Source: a virus
Strand: one strand, 5' to 3'
Length of the DNA stretch: 6,085 nt
Virus record (IMG/VR): IMGVR_UViG_3300022758_000031
Coordinates: 1 to 6,085 of that record
Each line of letters begins with the position of its first letter. Position 1 is the stretch's first letter. This document shows, piece by piece, positions 4,647-6,085 of the stretch. Made by a program: the position numbers and the translations under genes. The notes below the pieces were generated by a model. It had not been told where the DNA came from. It saw only the letters and a program-made list of their open reading frames with translations, and did not search any database.

Positions 4647-4675
4647 CGAAAAATGTAAATTAAAATTGAAAGAAT

Positions 4676-5761
4676 ATGTTAGGAGGAATAATAGCAGCAG
4701 CAACTTCAGCAATTGGAAGCCAAATTAAAGGAATCGAGGCAAGAGATGCAGAAGATAGAGCTTATACCAAACAAAAAGAGCTAATGCAAGACCAATACGA
4801 TTATAATAACAAGATGGCAGAAGAAAATCAAAGAAGAGACAAGGAAATGTGGAACTATACAAACTTTGAAAACCAAAAACAACACCTATTAAATGCAAAT
4901 TTATCACCCGGGCTATTTTACGGTGGAGGTGGAGCAGGCGGAGCATCTACAAGCGGAGGTCAAGGACAAGGCATAGGACTAGGAAGTGAAACAGGAGTAG
5001 GATATAGAATCCAAGAAAAAGCACTAGGACTACAACTAGCAAACACAGTATCTCAAATCGCATTAAATGAAAGCCAGGCTAACAAAAACAATGCAGAAGC
5101 CGAAAAAATTGCAGGAGCAGACACCAAAGTAGCCGAAAAAGAAGCGGAAATGTTAGAATCTCAAAGCGAATTTAATAAAAGAATTACCAAGTTACAAGAC
5201 AGTATCGAAAAACTGACAAATGCACAAGAGCAAAAAACAGCCGCAGAATATTTTTATATTCAAGCACAGGAGAAGAAGGTATGGGAAGAAGTACGGGAAC
5301 AAGTTGTAAAAGCCGACGTAGCGGAAAAAACAAAAGAAGCCATGATACGTAAAACAACCCTAGAAAACTTTAACCTCATACAATCAGGTATTGAATCAAT
5401 AACAAGACAAAAGCTTAACAGTGAACAAATAAATTACCTTAAAGGTCAAATTGCAATAGGTTGGGCCAACGTAGCAATAGGTGAAAAATCAGTAGCAAAC
5501 GAAAGCGACAGAATCGCCAACGAGCTGATGATAGGAATGAGAGACCTAGACAGAAAAGACCGTGAACTTATCAAAAATTGGATATATGAAGGAATCCACG
5601 CAGGAAAAGAAATAAGCGGTGAAATCCTCAATTGGTTAATGAAAGGTGCACCTAAAACAATAGCGGAAGTAACCGGAAGAATTGAAGAAATGTTTGATAG
5701 CGAAGGAAAACAAATCGGATCAAAAACAATACAACAAACCGTAACAAAAACAGCAGAATAA
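4676..5761 (+). CDS. VP2: Minor capsid / DNA pilot protein (Microviridae VP2, phiX174 H-like), 361 aa
   Basis: Small-residue hydrophobic N-terminus MLGGIIAAATSAIGSQIKG. Gly-rich tract YGGGGAGGASTSGGQGQGIGLGS (about 4921-4990). Long E/K/Q/A-rich helical region. Position between capsid and Rep fits pilot-protein architecture. Confidence 0.82.
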   Translation: MLGGIIAAATSAIGSQIKGIEARDAEDRAYTKQKELMQDQYDYNNKMAEENQRRDKEMWNYTNFENQKQHLLNANLSPGLFYGGGGAGGASTSGGQGQGIGLGSETGVGYRIQEKALGLQLANTVSQIALNESQANKNNAEAEKIAGADTKVAEKEAEMLESQSEFNKRITKLQDSIEKLTNAQEQKTAAEYFYIQAQEKKVWEEVREQVVKADVAEKTKEAMIRKTTLENFNLIQSGIESITRQKLNSEQINYLKGQIAIGWANVAIGEKSVANESDRIANELMIGMRDLDRKDRELIKNWIYEGIHAGKEISGEILNWLMKGAPKTIAEVTGRIEEMFDSEGKQIGSKTIQQTVTKTAE

Positions 5762-6085
5762 TGTGCCTATATCCAAAACTCATAAAAAACAGGCGGTATG
5801 TACCAAATAAAAAGAATGGAGGCGTACCGCCTCAATGTCCGGACGAAAGACTACTATACGTAACCGCGGCATGTGGCAAATGTATGGAATGCAGAAAACA
5901 AATACAAAGACAATGGCTAGTTAGAATGAGTGAAGAATTAAGACAAGAACCAAACGCGTATTTTATCACATTAACAATTGACGACAAATCATATAGCGAA
6001 TTATCAAACACATATAATATTACAGATAACAACGAAATAGCAACAAAAGCAATTAGATTATGTTTAGAAAGAATCAGAAAACAAA
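5761..6085 (+). CDS. VP4: Replication initiation protein (Microviridae VP4 / phiX174 A-like HUH endonuclease), N-terminal part, running off the window end and continuing at position 128
   Basis: ATG at 5761 overlaps the VP2 stop (TAATG). My translation is MCLYPKLIKNRRYVPNKKNGGVPPQCPDERLLYVTAACGKCMECRKQIQRQWLVRMSEELRQEPNAYFITLTIDD..., with no stop to the window end. The MC..P start and CGKCxxCR Cys cluster are typical of microvirus Rep. The ORF track omits it because it has no stop inside the window. Confidence 0.92.
   Translation, partial: MCLYPKLIKNRRYVPNKKNGGVPPQCPDERLLYVTAACGKCMECRKQIQRQWLVRMSEELRQEPNAYFITLTIDDKSYSELSNTYNITDNNEIATKAIRLCLERIRKQ
5959..6085. repeat. Terminal redundancy (right copy) marking circular closure
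   Basis: Checked base by base: identical to 1-127. The Rep reading frame stays in phase across the junction. Confidence 0.97.

Larger units (their letters stand above)
1..5958 (+). mobile_element. One complete unit of a circular ssDNA phage genome, family Microviridae (Alpavirinae-like)
   Basis: Bases 1-127 exactly repeat at 5959-6085, so the period is 5,958 nt. Gene set is HUH Rep + F-like major capsid + H-like pilot protein + small ORFs, all on one strand and tightly packed. Size and the 652-aa capsid fit Alpavirinae better than Gokushovirinae or Bullavirinae; that placement is from memory of typical sizes. Confidence 0.9.

Noticed and set aside
2257-5761. Embedded overlapping + strand genes inside VP1, VP2 or Rep, by analogy with phiX174 genes B, K and E
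   Set aside because: The six-frame track shows no alternative-frame + strand ORF of 60 aa or more inside these genes. Shorter embedded ORFs cannot be evaluated by eye.
1-6085. CRISPR array, integrase, transposase or other defence or mobility genes
   Set aside because: There are no regularly spaced repeats and no ORF with recombinase or transposase character. The only repeats are the wrap-around and the short intergenic motifs described above.

Overview
The window is one complete, circularly permuted genome of a small ssDNA phage of the family Microviridae. It looks Alpavirinae-like, meaning the Bacteroidales-associated type, judged from gene content, about 6 kb unit size and a 652-aa capsid protein. 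Bases 1-127 are identical to bases 5959-6085, so the true unit is 5,958 nt and the window simply wraps around the circle. All credible genes lie on the + strand, which is visibly A-rich. The rolling-circle replication initiator (VP4-like) spans the wrap point at 5761..6085 and 1..801. A tightly packed cassette of five small ORFs of unknown family occupies 1217-2255, including a 48-aa ORF absent from the supplied ORF track. After it come the major capsid protein VP1 (2257..4215), a 102-aa ORF (4219..4527) and the minor capsid/DNA pilot protein VP2 (4676..5761). VP2 is joined to the Rep start by a TAATG overlap. Most gene junctions are 1-6 nt, yet two noncoding regions are retained. The more striking is an island of about 315 nt at 811-1125. 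It is about 52% GC by my manual count, against roughly one third elsewhere, and dense with hairpins. It holds a motif resembling the phiX174 origin nick site, an 18-bp hairpin that works only on the + strand, degenerate pyrimidine repeats and a dif-like bipartite motif. A Bacteroides-type promoter candidate lies 24 nt downstream of the island (1158..1188). That island, plus a small membrane or lipoprotein-like ORF that could be a lysis gene, are the best leads. All functional calls rest on motif recognition by eye, and no database search was possible.
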